A DNA stretch of 63,166 bases, counting the filler, from Chrysochromulina tobinii (taxonomy: Eukaryota): NCBI GenBank assembly GCA_001275005.1. It is 9 parts of 9 records of this genome, joined end to end, with 100 filler letters (N's around TTAATTAATTAA, not from the genome) between each part and the next. Parts side by side here need not be neighbours in the genome. Positions count along the whole stretch, not along the records: positions 5,354 to 15,893 come from JWZX01000867.1; positions 15,994 to 18,050 come from JWZX01000868.1; positions 18,151 to 34,529 come from JWZX01000869.1; 6 more parts are not named here. One strand, written 5' to 3'. The notes below the pieces were generated by a model. That model was not told the DNA's origin. It did not search any database and saw only the letters and a program-made list of their open reading frames with translations. Position numbers and translations under genes: made by a program. The first letter of the stretch is position 1. Each line of letters opens with the position of its first letter. Shown piece by piece: positions 11,701 through 22,803 of the stretch.

Positions 11701-14700
11701 ACGTGGCGCAAGACCACGCGCAGCTGCGCGGGCACCAGGCAGCGTACCCCATTGTACACGCCGGCACACCGCACCGAATGGCGGGTCGTCGCGCTTACAA
11801 ACAGCTCGTTCGTCGTGTTCTTCATCGCCGCCGTGTACGCCAACGTGTTCGTGGCAAAATTGGGGCGAGGGGATAGGCCGGTGGTTCCCGTGTTCGAATC
11901 GGAGGCGACGAGCGACAGCGCGACCAGCGCGCAGTCGGCCGAGGGCTCGCGGTTGAGCTGTATGATGTACGAGGCCACCACGAGACCGTTGGGCGCGGTG
12001 ACCCGCACGGTCACGGCGGAGTGCCCAATCTGGGGTGTGAACGCGCACGAGCGCAGCAGCCGGTGGTGGCTCGTCATCAGCTGCGGGAAGGAGATCGTGC
12101 CGTCAAGAAGCGCGGGATAGCCCGCGAGGCCCGCGAGCACCTCCATCGCTGCCGAGGCGTTCCCAAGCGGCCGCATCTCGAATGCTCCGTGCGCCGATGC
12201 AGATGCGGTGCCGCCGATAGACGCGTTGCACAGTACGGTGGAGACTAAGTTATTGGAAGCTGTGACGACCAGCCGCGAGCCCCACTGATTGGGTGCAACC
12301 ACGATACTCATAGACGTGATGTCATCGCTCACGTCGCCTGCGTTCATTGACCACGACGTGATGCTTCCGAGCGGAAGCGACGCACTGAAGGACGGGACCA
12401 GCACCTCGTTCACGTGCGGCGCGTTGCCGCTGTAAAAGTCGGTTGCCACGAGTGCAAGGAAGTGGAGCGTGGCATCTTCCTCACACTGCGGCGACGAGCA
12501 TCGGCACTCGCCTGAGCCTCCGATGCCTTGAGCGCACACCGTGTTGACCGGACAGTCACACGGCGCGCACGAGACGCCGTACCGCTCCGGCGCGCACGTG
12601 GCGCAGCCAGTGCTCACGCCGATGAAGCCGGTCGCGCACGAGCACTGGCCGTCGCCTGACAGGCCGTCAGCGCATAGCGCGAAGTGGAGTGACGAGTTGA
12701 CCGGGCAGCTGCACGCGAGGCACGAGGGGCCGTAGTAGCTAGGGAGGCACGCGCAGCCGGTGCCGTTGCGACCGTCGATGCACGTGGAGCCGCCCACGCA
12801 CGCGCACGCGGAGCATGCATTGCCCCAAAAATTGGGCTGGCATGCGTCGCACAGAGCTCCTGTCCAGCCGTTACTGCACGCGCAGGTGCCGTTGCCACTC
12901 AGCCCATCGAAGCAGGTGCCGCCCGGACCGCACGCGCACGGCGTGCAGCTCGCGCCAAAAAAGCCCGGCGCACACACGTCGCAATTGGCGCCTGACCATC
13001 CGGCCGGGCAGCAGGTGGAGGCGTTGAACGCGCTCCAGGCGTTGAGCGGGCACACAGCGAGCGGGCCAGTGCGCGGCAGGCACTTGTGCGAGACACGGCA
13101 CCAGCCGCAAATGTTCGACGATCCGGTCGCGCAGCTCGAGCAGCTGCTAAACGCGCTGCAAAAGGTCCTGCCGGACTCGTAGATCGCCTCGAAGCCAAAA
13201 TAGTTGTAGAGCTCGTCTGTGTGGAAGTGGAGGAGAAGGTGCGGTCCAGACGTGGCGACCGCGAAGTGCGTGCTGCAGAAGAAGGTGGCCAGCAGCGGCG
13301 AGGCCACCGTCACGCCGTCGAACACCTTAGCGTAGTCGTATGGGAGACCTTGCTGGTTGGTCACGCACTCCATGTCTAGGCGCGTGAACTTGAGCACGAT
13401 GATGTCATCCGTGTCGAGGGCCACGTGCCACATGCAGTCCTGCCACGAGCAGTACCGCTTGTTCGCGGGGCCCGATCGGAACGTGCCCGCCGAGCCGCCG
13501 AGCTGCACGCCGCCGCTGCATCGCGGCTCTGCGGGCGCACACGCGGCGAGGCAGGAGGAGGGGTGGTGGGGCGGGCGAGGGTTGGGGACATGTCAGCCTG
13601 CGGCGGAGAGGGCGGAGGAGGACTACGGGCAGCGAACGTGCTCTATCGTCGCTGGGGGTGTGTGCGCACCATCAATGCCGGTGCCGGAGCCGTAGCCGCC
13701 AATCTGGATCGTCACGCCCTCCGTAAACTTGGAGCTGAGCCAGTTTCGCCCAGTCGAGCCCACGAGGATGGACGGGATGTCGAGGGAGCGCGAGTCGGGT
13801 TGACGAGCCTCGGCGGCCGCCATGTAGAAGAGTGTGTCGGCCATGTTGTTGCCCATGATGGCGAGTGAGCCGTTGGCTCGCTCGATGTTGAGGGCCTTGG
13901 TGAGGAATGGGCACGAGAAGATGGTCGCCAGGTACGCCGTGCCATTGAGTGAAGAGGCTGCAAGGCGGGCAGAGGGGTCCGGGTCGGGTCAGGCGCGCGG
14001 AAATCCGTCGGGCTGAGCCACAAATCGCAGCGGAGAAGGGGGTGCAGCAATCGCAGCAGAGAAGGGGGTGCAGCAATCGCAGCGGAGAAGGGGGTGCAGC
14101 AATCGCAGCAGAGAAGGGGGTGCAGCAATCGCAGCGGAGAAGGGGGTGCAGCAATCGCAGCGGAGAAGGGGGTGCAGCAATCGCAGCGGAGAAGGGGGTG
14201 CGGCGGGCGCTTTGGGGGTGCGGCAATCGCTTTGGGGGTCGGAAATCGCTTTGGGGGTCGGAAATCGCTTTGGGGGTCGGAAATCGCTTTGGGGGTCGGA
14301 AATCGCTTTGGGGGTCGGAAATCGGGGATACGAGCGTTTGGGCCGCTCACCTATGGGGCGCGTCGTAATGTTGGCGCTTCGCGTCACGGAGGTTACTTCC
14401 GAGCATGCATCTGCAGGTAAGATGTTCGCCAGATCTACCCTCAGCCCACCCGGTGGCAAGCCGGGACCAAAGTGCGAGAGCGTGTACGGAATGGAGATTC
14501 TCGCGCCTAGGACCGTGGTCGCCACGAGGCGGTCGTAGTCTTCGCACCACATGGTGTTGGCGTGCTGCAGCATGAAGGACGGCATGTTCGCCACCCCGCA
14601 GTCCTGCAAGCACAGGTCGTACTCATCGGCGCTGTTCTCGCAGATGCCGTTGCCACACGAGGGGGCGGCGGGCGCCCAGGTGAAGGTGAAGGTGCCCGTC

Positions 14701-15131
14701 GTATTGAGCACCGTGCGAAACAGCAGCATCGCCGAGCCGTTGGTCGATGCGATCGGCGGGGCCAGTCGGCAGGTCAAGTGCGCCAGCATCGTCTCGAGGT
14801 TCGTCGTGTGGTCGTACACGTCGAGGTAAGTGCCGGCGCCAACACAAGGCCCGCCTATGTCGAGATCAAAGGTCGTAAAGTTGATCAGCAGTCCTTGGGT
14901 CACATTGGGCGTAAGGATGACGAAGGCACAGTCCAAGGTGGCAGTGCCACCTGGCAATGTGGTTACGAGATCCGTGTCAAATGTCACGGTGTGCGAGCCT
15001 GTTGAGGAAGTGAAGATGGTCTCACCAGAGCAGCCGATACCCGGCGGCAGCGGCGGGGGTGGCGGAGGCGGCGGCGGCAAAATCGCGCTCGCCAGCTGCA
15101 CGGCCACCGCGAAGGGAAGACCCCTCCACAT
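8766..15131 (-). CDS. ~1943-aa type I membrane RING-H2 E3 ligase: signal peptide, CUB, PA, CUB, PSI, laminin-type EGF repeats, cadherin-like beta-sandwich repeats, TM, RING-H2
   Basis: Exons 15131-14351, 13957-13670, 13528-8766 (phase-1 GT-AG introns) join in frame. PA-like [27 protein letters not shown]...DIPSILV; CUB CSGG...DCMWHV...[19 protein letters not shown]...[37 protein letters not shown]...[16 protein letters not shown]...CPLCK. Confidence 0.85.
14023..14322. repeat. Intronic minisatellites: ~7 x 26 bp (AATCGCAGCGGAGAAGGGGGTGCAGC) then ~5 x 19 bp (AATCGCTTTGGGGGTCGGA)
   Basis: Tandem repeats read directly inside intron 14350-13958. Confidence 0.95.
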
Positions 15132-15993
15132 TTCGGGGCTCGAGAGCCAGAGTGAGGCAAGGACGGGGCGACTCCGCCGCGAGCCAGCGTTGCACGAAAC
15201 TTGCTGCCTCTTCGCTGTGGCTCTCGACGACGCCCCGAAATCCTTCTAGAAACAGGAAAATTCGGAAAATTCCGTTTCGCCTTTCGATTTCGATTCTCTC
15301 AACTTGTTAGCTTGCTTGCATCGGAGCCTACACATATCCTCAATCCTCTACGCAGAACGCTCCGTCCTCAGACCTCACGCGAGTCTGCACCCTCCGTCGC
15401 GGCTCGCGGGGGGTGCCGTTAGTCTGTGCGTAGTCCCTGGCGTAGTCGCTGCAAGGGGAGCAAGGTCCTTGGCCCAAGGTGGTCTCGAGACCACACCACC
15501 ATACAATAATCGAAATCCATGACCACCATGGGTCCATGGCATGAGGCATTGGCACCAATTTCGCACCATGCTACCACGGTTGCACTCCCGATTAACTCCC
15601 GGCCCGGGAGCCCCGACGCAGGAGGGGGTCTTAGGCGCAAATCTCACAGCCACGTCTGGCGAGTGAGCGAGTGGTACACGAGCTCACGACAGCGCCGCCT
15701 TCCACCCATGTGTGTCTCATCCAAGCTCCCATCAAGTCTCATCGAATATCCACTGTGTCCGCCTAATGACACATGCAATTCAACCCACGCAGCGCGACAT
15801 TCCAAATTTCAAAAATTGGACGCGCCGCGAACGGTCGACCGATTAGGAAGCAGGCGACCCAAATTAGGATCCAAATCCTCCAACCCTTTTTAANNNNNNN
15901 NNNNNNNNNNNNNNNNNNNNNNNNNNNNNNNNNNNNNTTAATTAATTAANNNNNNNNNNNNNNNNNNNNNNNNNNNNNNNNNNNNNNNNNNNN

Positions 15994-18050
15994 ACGACGG
16001 CGGCCCCGGCTCTGAGTTCCAGAGCTGCGCCCTCGGCACCGATTGCACTGACTGCGGCCCGCGGCAGCCGATCAGGCCGCCACCGCCGCCGCCGCCGCCG
16101 CCGCACGTCCCCGGCGCTCTCTGCGGCGAGTCGTGCCTCTACACCTCCGACGCCCTCTGCGACGACGGCGGCCCCGGCTCCGAGTACGCAGACTGCACCT
16201 ACGGCTCCGACTGCGCGGACTGCGGCCCGCGCGTGCCGCGGCCGCCGCCCCCGGCTGCTCTCTGTGGCGAGACGTGCGTGTACGCCTCCGACGCCGACTG
16301 CGACGACGGCGGCCCCGGCTCCGAGTTCCCGCTCTGCGCCTACGGCTCCGACTGCACGGATTGCGGCCCGCGCTTCCCGCCGCCGCCGCCTCTGGTCCTC
16401 TGCGGCGAGACGTGCGTTTGGGCCTCCGACGCCGATTGTGACGACGGCGGCCCCGGCTCCGAGTTCCAGAGCTGCGCCCTCGGCACCGACTGCACGGACT
16501 GCGGCCCGCGTCTTGTGCTCTTCCCGCCGCCACCGCCGCCGCCGGCCTACGTGATCCCTCCGCCGTCGCCGCCGCCTGGGCTGTGCACGAACACGTGCAT
16601 CTACACGTCCGACGACGAGTGCGACGACGGCGGCGTTGGCTCCGAGTTCCCGGTCTGCGACTACGGCACCGACTGCGCGGACTGCGGCCCGCGCACGCGG
16701 TCGCCGCCGCCGTTCCCGCCGGCCCCGCCGGCCTCGCCGCCCAAGCAGCCTGGCCTCTGCACGGACACGTGCATCTACGCCTCCAACGCCCAGTGCGACG
16801 ACGGCGGCCCCGGCTCCGAGTCCCCGCTGTGCACTTACGGCACCGACTGCACGGACTGCGGCTTCCGCCTCGCAAGGCCACCCCCGCCGCCGCTTCAGCC
16901 CGGCTTCGTGTGCATGAACAACTGCCTCAACGCGGGCGGCGGCGCGTGCAGCGACGGCGGCCCCGGCTCCGAGTTCGCAACGTGCCCCTATGGCTCCGAC
17001 TGCATCGACTGCGGCCCGCGCGTCTCGATGCCATCGCCGCCGCCACGTGCGCCGCCCCCGCCCCCTTCCCCCCCGTCGCCGCCGTCGCCCCCGTCGCCGC
17101 CGCCATCGCCTCCCATGATTCCTGGCCTCTGCGGCGAGACGTGCAACTGGGCCTCCGACGGCGATTGTGACGACGGCGGCCCCGGCTCCGAGTTCCAACA
17201 GGCTGACTGCCCCTACGGCACCGACTGCACGGACTGCGGCCCGCGCGTGCGGAGGCCACCGCCGCCCCCGAGGGCGCCGCCGCCGCCGCCGCCGCCGCCG
17301 AAGTCGCCCAGCCCCCCTCGGGCCCCGGGCATCTGCTTCGAGACGTGCGTGTATGCCTCGGACGCCGACTGCGACGACGGCGGCCCCGGCTCCGAGTTCC
17401 CGCTTTGCGCCTACGGCACCGACTGCACGGACTGCGGCCCGCGGCAGCCGATCACGACGCCGCCGCCGCCGCCACCAGTCTGCACCAACACGTGCGTCTA
17501 CGCCTCAGACGACGATTGCGACGATGGCGGCGTTGGCTCCGAGTTCCCGCTGTGCAACTACGGCACCGACTGCGCGGACTGCGGCCCCCGCCAGCCAGTG
17601 AACAAGCCGCCGCCGCCGCCCGCACCAGCGCCTCGCTCGCCCCCGCCTGCTATGTTCTGCGGCGAGACGTGCCTCTACGCCTCCGACGCCGACTGCGACG
17701 ACGGTGGTCCCGGCGCCGAGTACGCAGACTGCACCTACGGCTCCGACTGCACGGACTGCGGCCCGCGCATGCTGCGCTCGCCTCCGCCTGCTATGCTCTG
17801 CGGCGAGTCGTGCCTCTACACCTCCGACGCCCTCTGCGACGACGGCGGCCCCGGCGCCGAGTACGCAGACTGCACCTACGGCTCCGACTGCGCGGACTGC
17901 GGCTCGCGCATGCCGCGCGCGCCCCCGCCGCCATTCGTCGCATCGCCGCCGCCTACGCCATCCCCCCACCGCCCTCACCATCCCCGCCGCCGCCCTCGCC
18001 CTCGCCGCCGCCGCCCTCTCAACCGCCATCCCCGCCGCCCAGGCCGCCAT
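15994..18050 (+). CDS. Internal fragment of a Cys/Asp-rich repeat protein (CDDGGPG repeats with Pro-rich spacers)
   Basis: Open frame from 15996; one partial plus 11 full repeats like LCGETCVYASDADCDDGGPGSEFPLCAYGTDCTDCGPR; probable frameshift near 17950; both ends at linkers. Confidence 0.85.
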
Positions 18051-18155
18051 NNNNNNNNNNNNNNNNNNNNNNNNNNNNNNNNNNNNNNNNNNNNTTAATT
18101 AATTAANNNNNNNNNNNNNNNNNNNNNNNNNNNNNNNNNNNNNNNNNNNNATCGG

Positions 18156-19349
18156 ATGGGCGACCCGCTCACGCCGCCCCTATGCGGATGCGCATCGACA
18201 GCATGCTGTGTAGAGACTCCTGCGGCTTGGAGGCGGCCTCGTTCTGCCCGCATCCTCGGAACGCCACCAGTGTCGGCCTCGCCGTCACACAGACCTGCGA
18301 CTGAGCGTGGCCCACCATCGAGTGCGGGCACTACTGATGTGCGGCGCGCTTGCCCTCGCACTGATGTGCCACTCGGCAGCGCTGGCGCAATCACAGAGCA
18401 ACCGCCGCAGCCGCAGCCGCGGCCGCAGCAGCCGCAGCCTCAGCCGCAGCCGCAGCCGCAGCCCGGGTCGCTGCCGCAGGAGCAGCAGCAGCCTCAGCCG
18501 CAGGAGCAGAAGAATGAGAAAGTGCATTCAGCCCAACAGCAGCAAACGCCGCAGCCGCAGCCGCAGCCGCAGCCTCAAGTCTTCATCGGCGCTCGACTCG
18601 GCGCGACTGTGCTCCCGGCAGTGCACTCTTCTGAGCAAGCACGCTTGCTGCATGCTCATTCAAGCTCGTGCTCACACGTTATCATGCACACCGAGCAGGC
18701 GGCGCAGCAGCAGCCGCGCCGACGCGAAGAGACAGAGCCGATGACTCTGCTTGCGCCGTCGGCCACTTCCGCTGAGCAATGGCGAGATTCCATGGGCAGA
18801 TATGTCGTCCTCCTTCTCCTACTCGCCCTTCCCCTCCTACTCATCGGTGTCCTCCTCCGCCACTTCCTCCTCCCCCGCCTTTACGTCATCCCCCTCATCC
18901 TCCTCCTCGTCCTTCTCCTCCACCGCCTCCTCCACAGCCTCCTTCACTTCCAGCCTCCCGCCAAGCTGCAGCGCATCCCACCCATTGATGGGCAGCTGCT
19001 CAAACCAACGCCGGCTCAACCCATGCCACCCGCTCCGCCTTGGTTCGTACCGCTCCGATTCCCCTGTGTGGGCCCTTTGTGGCTCGTCCTCCCCCTGTGC
19101 TATGCCCTGTGTTATGCCCTTGTGCTCATCACCGCCATGGCGCTTAATGGCCGGCAGCCATGCCCGCCGCTCATGCTCCCGTTGGTGTGGCCACCACCAC
19201 CATCACCGTGGCCACCGGACATTCTAAAGCCCCCCTTACCGCCGCTACAGCCCGGCACGTACTTGCGAGAATCTGTCAAGTGGAGCGTTGAGTTTGTAGG
19301 TCCCGAGCTGTTGCCACAGAGCAACCTCACTGGCTGGTACTACATGTAG
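18156..19349 (+). CDS. Hypothetical low-complexity Q/P-rich ORF with hydrophobic stretches; possibly not coding
   Basis: 397-codon ORF; no recognisable domain; Leu-rich stretches derive from CCT/CTC microsatellite-like DNA. Confidence 0.25.
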   Translation: MGDPLTPPLCGCASTACCVETPAAWRRPRSARILGTPPVSASPSHRPATERGPPSSAGTTDVRRACPRTDVPLGSAGAITEQPPQPQPRPQQPQPQPQPQPQPGSLPQEQQQPQPQEQKNEKVHSAQQQQTPQPQPQPQPQVFIGARLGATVLPAVHSSEQARLLHAHSSSCSHVIMHTEQAAQQQPRRREETEPMTLLAPSATSAEQWRDSMGRYVVLLLLLALPLLLIGVLLRHFLLPRLYVIPLILLLVLLLHRLLHSLLHFQPPAKLQRIPPIDGQLLKPTPAQPMPPAPPWFVPLRFPCVGPLWLVLPLCYALCYALVLITAMALNGRQPCPPLMLPLVWPPPPSPWPPDILKPPLPPLQPGTYLRESVKWSVEFVGPELLPQSNLTGWYYM

Positions 19350-19512
19350 TTGTACTAGGCCGAGGCATACATGTAGGCGGATATTGCAGATTCGAGGTCG
19401 ACTCCACATGGACTCCATTTCCTTTTTTGAAAACGCAACCGAACTTGCGGAATCCGATGCGAAACACGATTGACGAGGACATCGAAAGCAACTGCGCGTA
19501 TCTGGGTACGCC

Positions 19513-20271
19513 ATGTTCCTGCACGTTCAAATGTTACTAGCATCGGCTCTCGTCCTACCAACCACACCGCTCAAAATCTTGCTCGGTGGAGTGAGCTCAC
19601 CCATCGTAACTCGAGAGGTCATCACGCCTGCATCGCTGGGCATCGCGCAGTACATCGCAGCCCTGCCCGATCTCGCTGGTCGGAACGTACTCTGTGAGAA
19701 TGACCTGTGCGCCTCGACGGCCGCTGCTGCCGGCGGTAAGGTCAACCGTACTTGGCTGCAGTCGTTCGATCTGGCCGATCTCAACTCGCCGCTGCCCATG
19801 TCCGGCAGGACGAATCACCATTCCTATGGCACAGGCGTCGGAGCTGCGAATCTCGTCGTGCTCACCGATGTGCTGAGGAACGATGACCAAGCTCGTTGCA
19901 TGGCACTGCGCGTGGCCGAATGTGTTCGGCTGGGCGCTTGGGTGATTCTTGGTGACGCGGCCTCATCGTGCCGGCAGACGTTCTTGGACTTGCTCGAGGT
20001 GGAGCTACGTTTCGTCGACTGCGGCCACCCCTCTTTCGACAAACCTTTCCTCATCGAGCAGCCGTCACTGGGCTGGGCGTCCGAACCTGTGCAGCTGCTG
20101 CGCCTCAATTCGCCCGGCTTTGCTCCTGCGCTCGCCTCAGGCTACAGGTCGCTCGAGGAGCGGAGAGGATACAAGCTTCCACCCCCTGTGGTGGAGGTGT
20201 TGGAGTCTGCACGTGAGTCTGCAGGACGAGAGGGGGGGAGAGAAAGCGTGTCCCCCAATTTGTTGCTCTAA
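19513..20271 (+). CDS. Hypothetical protein resembling a degenerate class I SAM methyltransferase (Methyltransf_16-like)
   Basis: PASLGIAQYI...LAGRNVL...AAAAGGKV...LVVLTDVL...VILGD follows the family motif order, but the Gly-rich motif I is missing; hydrophobic N-terminus. Confidence 0.45.
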   Translation: MFLHVQMLLASALVLPTTPLKILLGGVSSPIVTREVITPASLGIAQYIAALPDLAGRNVLCENDLCASTAAAAGGKVNRTWLQSFDLADLNSPLPMSGRTNHHSYGTGVGAANLVVLTDVLRNDDQARCMALRVAECVRLGAWVILGDAASSCRQTFLDLLEVELRFVDCGHPSFDKPFLIEQPSLGWASEPVQLLRLNSPGFAPALASGYRSLEERRGYKLPPPVVEVLESARESAGREGGRESVSPNLLL

Positions 20272-20932
20272 GTATTGCAAGCGAAGTATGCGACTTACGC
20301 GCGACAAAGACTACTCTCGCCGTTGTGGGTAACGGTCGCCGTACGGACTGTGCTCTGCGGGTACCGTGGGAGTCGACCGACGCGGCGACTGGCGACTGGG
20401 TGTGCCCGCATGTGGGGCCGATGGCGCGCGCATGGCGTGGCATCTCAGTGAGATTTACCAAGTAGGGCGTCAGCACCCTTGGCTGGAGCGCTCGCCTCTT
20501 CCGCGGCCCCGGGCAGCGGCCAGCGCGCAGGACCAGGAGGCCAGTACCAATCTTCCCGCATCTCACACCGTCACTTCTGCGCTGCACACTGCAGACTTTT
20601 ATGATGTGCCTTCGGCCTTGGGGGACGAGCAGTTTCAACACTCAGGTACGAGGTAGTTGCCCTATGGTGGCGTGATTAACGGCGTGATTACGAGACTCCC
20701 CCCGCCGCGCCCGCCCCGACGACACGTAATACATGTACAAGTACGGTCTTTCGCGCTCAGCTTAATGTGGCGATGCCAAACGCACCCTACACAGCCTGCG
20801 AGACTTGCACTCCGAAGTCGAATGCCAGACGAGACTCCCGTCTCCGGATACTCGGGCTGCTCTCGTTGCATGCTGACTAGCCCCGGTAGCCCCCATGCCC
20901 ATGCTCTTCCCGTTCAACAGGCGGCATCCCCC

Positions 20933-22702
20933 TCAATTCCACCACCCCCCTTGCTGTGACCAGGCTGAGACGGTATGCATAGTACCCTCCCCAGCTTGCA
21001 TCAGCTTCCTTGCGTAGATCACCGGATTGACCACCTCGGGGACCGCGATCGTGGTCGTGGGCGCTGTCGTGGTCGGATGAGTCTCCGGCAGCACGTTGAG
21101 CTGGATCATATCGGGAACGTCGGACGTCGTGACGGTATGTTCCTCCTTACGGCTCGGGTAGATAATCTCGGGGACATTCGATCGTATCTCCGAGATGATC
21201 CCCGAGATATCCTCGGGGACACCGTCTGGGATCTGCGTGGGCACCGCCTGCGCACGAACGTCATCTCGCTGCAAGAAGAGCTGCACGCTGTCCGGCACGT
21301 TGAGCTGGATCATATCGGGAATGTCTGACGTCGTGACGGTATGTTCCGTACGGACCTTAGGCATGGTCGTGGGCGCTGTCGTGGTCGGATGAGTCTCCGG
21401 CAGCACGTTGAGCTGGATCATATCGGGAACGTCGGACGTCGTGACGGTATGTTCCTTCACGACGAACGCCGGCTCTGATTTGACGAAATCCGCGCGGGCG
21501 TCGACGCCGTTGACGAACAGATTCATGGCAGCCGCATTCTCCGCTGCCGCCGCGAAGTCCTTGGCCAGGGCAGCAGCCGCACCATCCTGCACTGCCTTCA
21601 GTTTTTCGGCCGCCCTGATCTTTTCGAAGGTCGCGGCAGTCTTTTGCATATCGCCGTTGGCGAGTCGCTTGAAGATGGCGGTGGGATCGAGGGCGCAGCT
21701 CGCCTTCATTTTCTGAATGCCCTCTATGTTCCTCGTCCCCGCGTCCATCATCGGCTCGGTCGAGAGCCCGACCAGCTTCAGAGCGTCGGCGAGGCACTTG
21801 TTGGCACCGGCATCCCCGGCCCAGCAGTGCTCGATATCGATCTGGTCGTCGGCGTTGGGATAGCTAGACTCTGCGAGATAGTCGCTGGGCTGGCGCTCAA
21901 TGGCGCAGTCAAACATCTGCTCGGCCAGACCAAACTCCTGGAATAGGGCGAACTGCCTGTCGCGCTCATCTCTTGCGAGCTTGAACGTCGCCACCTTAGG
22001 GTTCTCGGCCATCGAGGTGAGGGCCGCCTTCCACGCGGCCATCGCCTTCGCATTCCGCGCGAGCACGCACACGGACTTGGGCGGGTCGTCCTTCATGAGC
22101 CGCCCGGCCGTGTTCGCGTTGACGAACTGCGGGAGCATGCTGAGCGTGATCGAGCAATCCGAGGGGGCACACACCTCGGCGGGCACGCCCGCACAGACGT
22201 GATCGCGGATGCGGACGACGTAATCGGCAAAGCTGTACTGCAGACCATCATACAGCTCGGCAGTGTCACCGGCGAACGTCATATGGGCCACAGTGCGTTT
22301 CAGCACTGGAAGTGTGCCCATAAGCATGGTGCCGTTGATGGCGGCATGGGCACTCTGAGCCAGGATCCTGGTCGTCAGAGTCGGGTTACTGCTCTTCAGG
22401 AGCGCGCCAGTTTCGGAGTTGAAGATCACTTTGTTCATATCACTCGCCATGGCGCCCGTGCACTCGGGGACCTCGGCATTCGACCAGAGCGTGTCCTTGA
22501 GCGCAAACGGCTCGCCGAGGTTGAACATGCACGGGTGCGTATTGAGCGCCGCCCCGAACTCCATCGTGCCGCTTCCGTGGTCGGAGAGGATCACAAGGAC
22601 TGTCGGGTGATCCGGCGTCAATGGAGCCGGCGCTTGTAGCGTGTTAACTTCATTCAGCACAGCCGCGCCTAATGAGACAGCCCAAAGGGACAGCCCAAGC
22701 AT
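20933..22702 (-). CDS. Secreted protein with sulfotransferase-like N-terminal motif and three C-terminal ~30-aa repeats
   Basis: Signal-like MLGLSLWAVSLGAAVL; ILSDHGSGTMEFGAALNTHPCMFNLGEPF resembles the RSGTT...HP...EP PAPS-binding motif; EHTVTTSD(V/I)PDMIQLNV x3. Confidence 0.6.
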   Translation of the reverse strand: MLGLSLWAVSLGAAVLNEVNTLQAPAPLTPDHPTVLVILSDHGSGTMEFGAALNTHPCMFNLGEPFALKDTLWSNAEVPECTGAMASDMNKVIFNSETGALLKSSNPTLTTRILAQSAHAAINGTMLMGTLPVLKRTVAHMTFAGDTAELYDGLQYSFADYVVRIRDHVCAGVPAEVCAPSDCSITLSMLPQFVNANTAGRLMKDDPPKSVCVLARNAKAMAAWKAALTSMAENPKVATFKLARDERDRQFALFQEFGLAEQMFDCAIERQPSDYLAESSYPNADDQIDIEHCWAGDAGANKCLADALKLVGLSTEPMMDAGTRNIEGIQKMKASCALDPTAIFKRLANGDMQKTAATFEKIRAAEKLKAVQDGAAAALAKDFAAAAENAAAMNLFVNGVDARADFVKSEPAFVVKEHTVTTSDVPDMIQLNVLPETHPTTTAPTTMPKVRTEHTVTTSDIPDMIQLNVPDSVQLFLQRDDVRAQAVPTQIPDGVPEDISGIISEIRSNVPEIIYPSRKEEHTVTTSDVPDMIQLNVLPETHPTTTAPTTTIAVPEVVNPVIYARKLMQAGEGTMHTVSAWSQQGGWWN

Positions 22703-22803
22703 GTTTTTGCCGTGAGCCGAGTTAGGAAGGAAGGCCACTAAAAGTTGCCATTCCAAAAATGGCAATTCCCCCCCCTCCCGCGGAGGGGCTTTTTTACTAC
22801 GAA

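Noticed and set aside
15250..15893. Possible transposon end before the linker
   Set aside because: No partner terminus or TSD visible.
15942..17198. Long antisense and alternative-frame ORFs here and throughout
   Set aside because: Shadows of GC-rich coding sequence and repeats with no domain signal.
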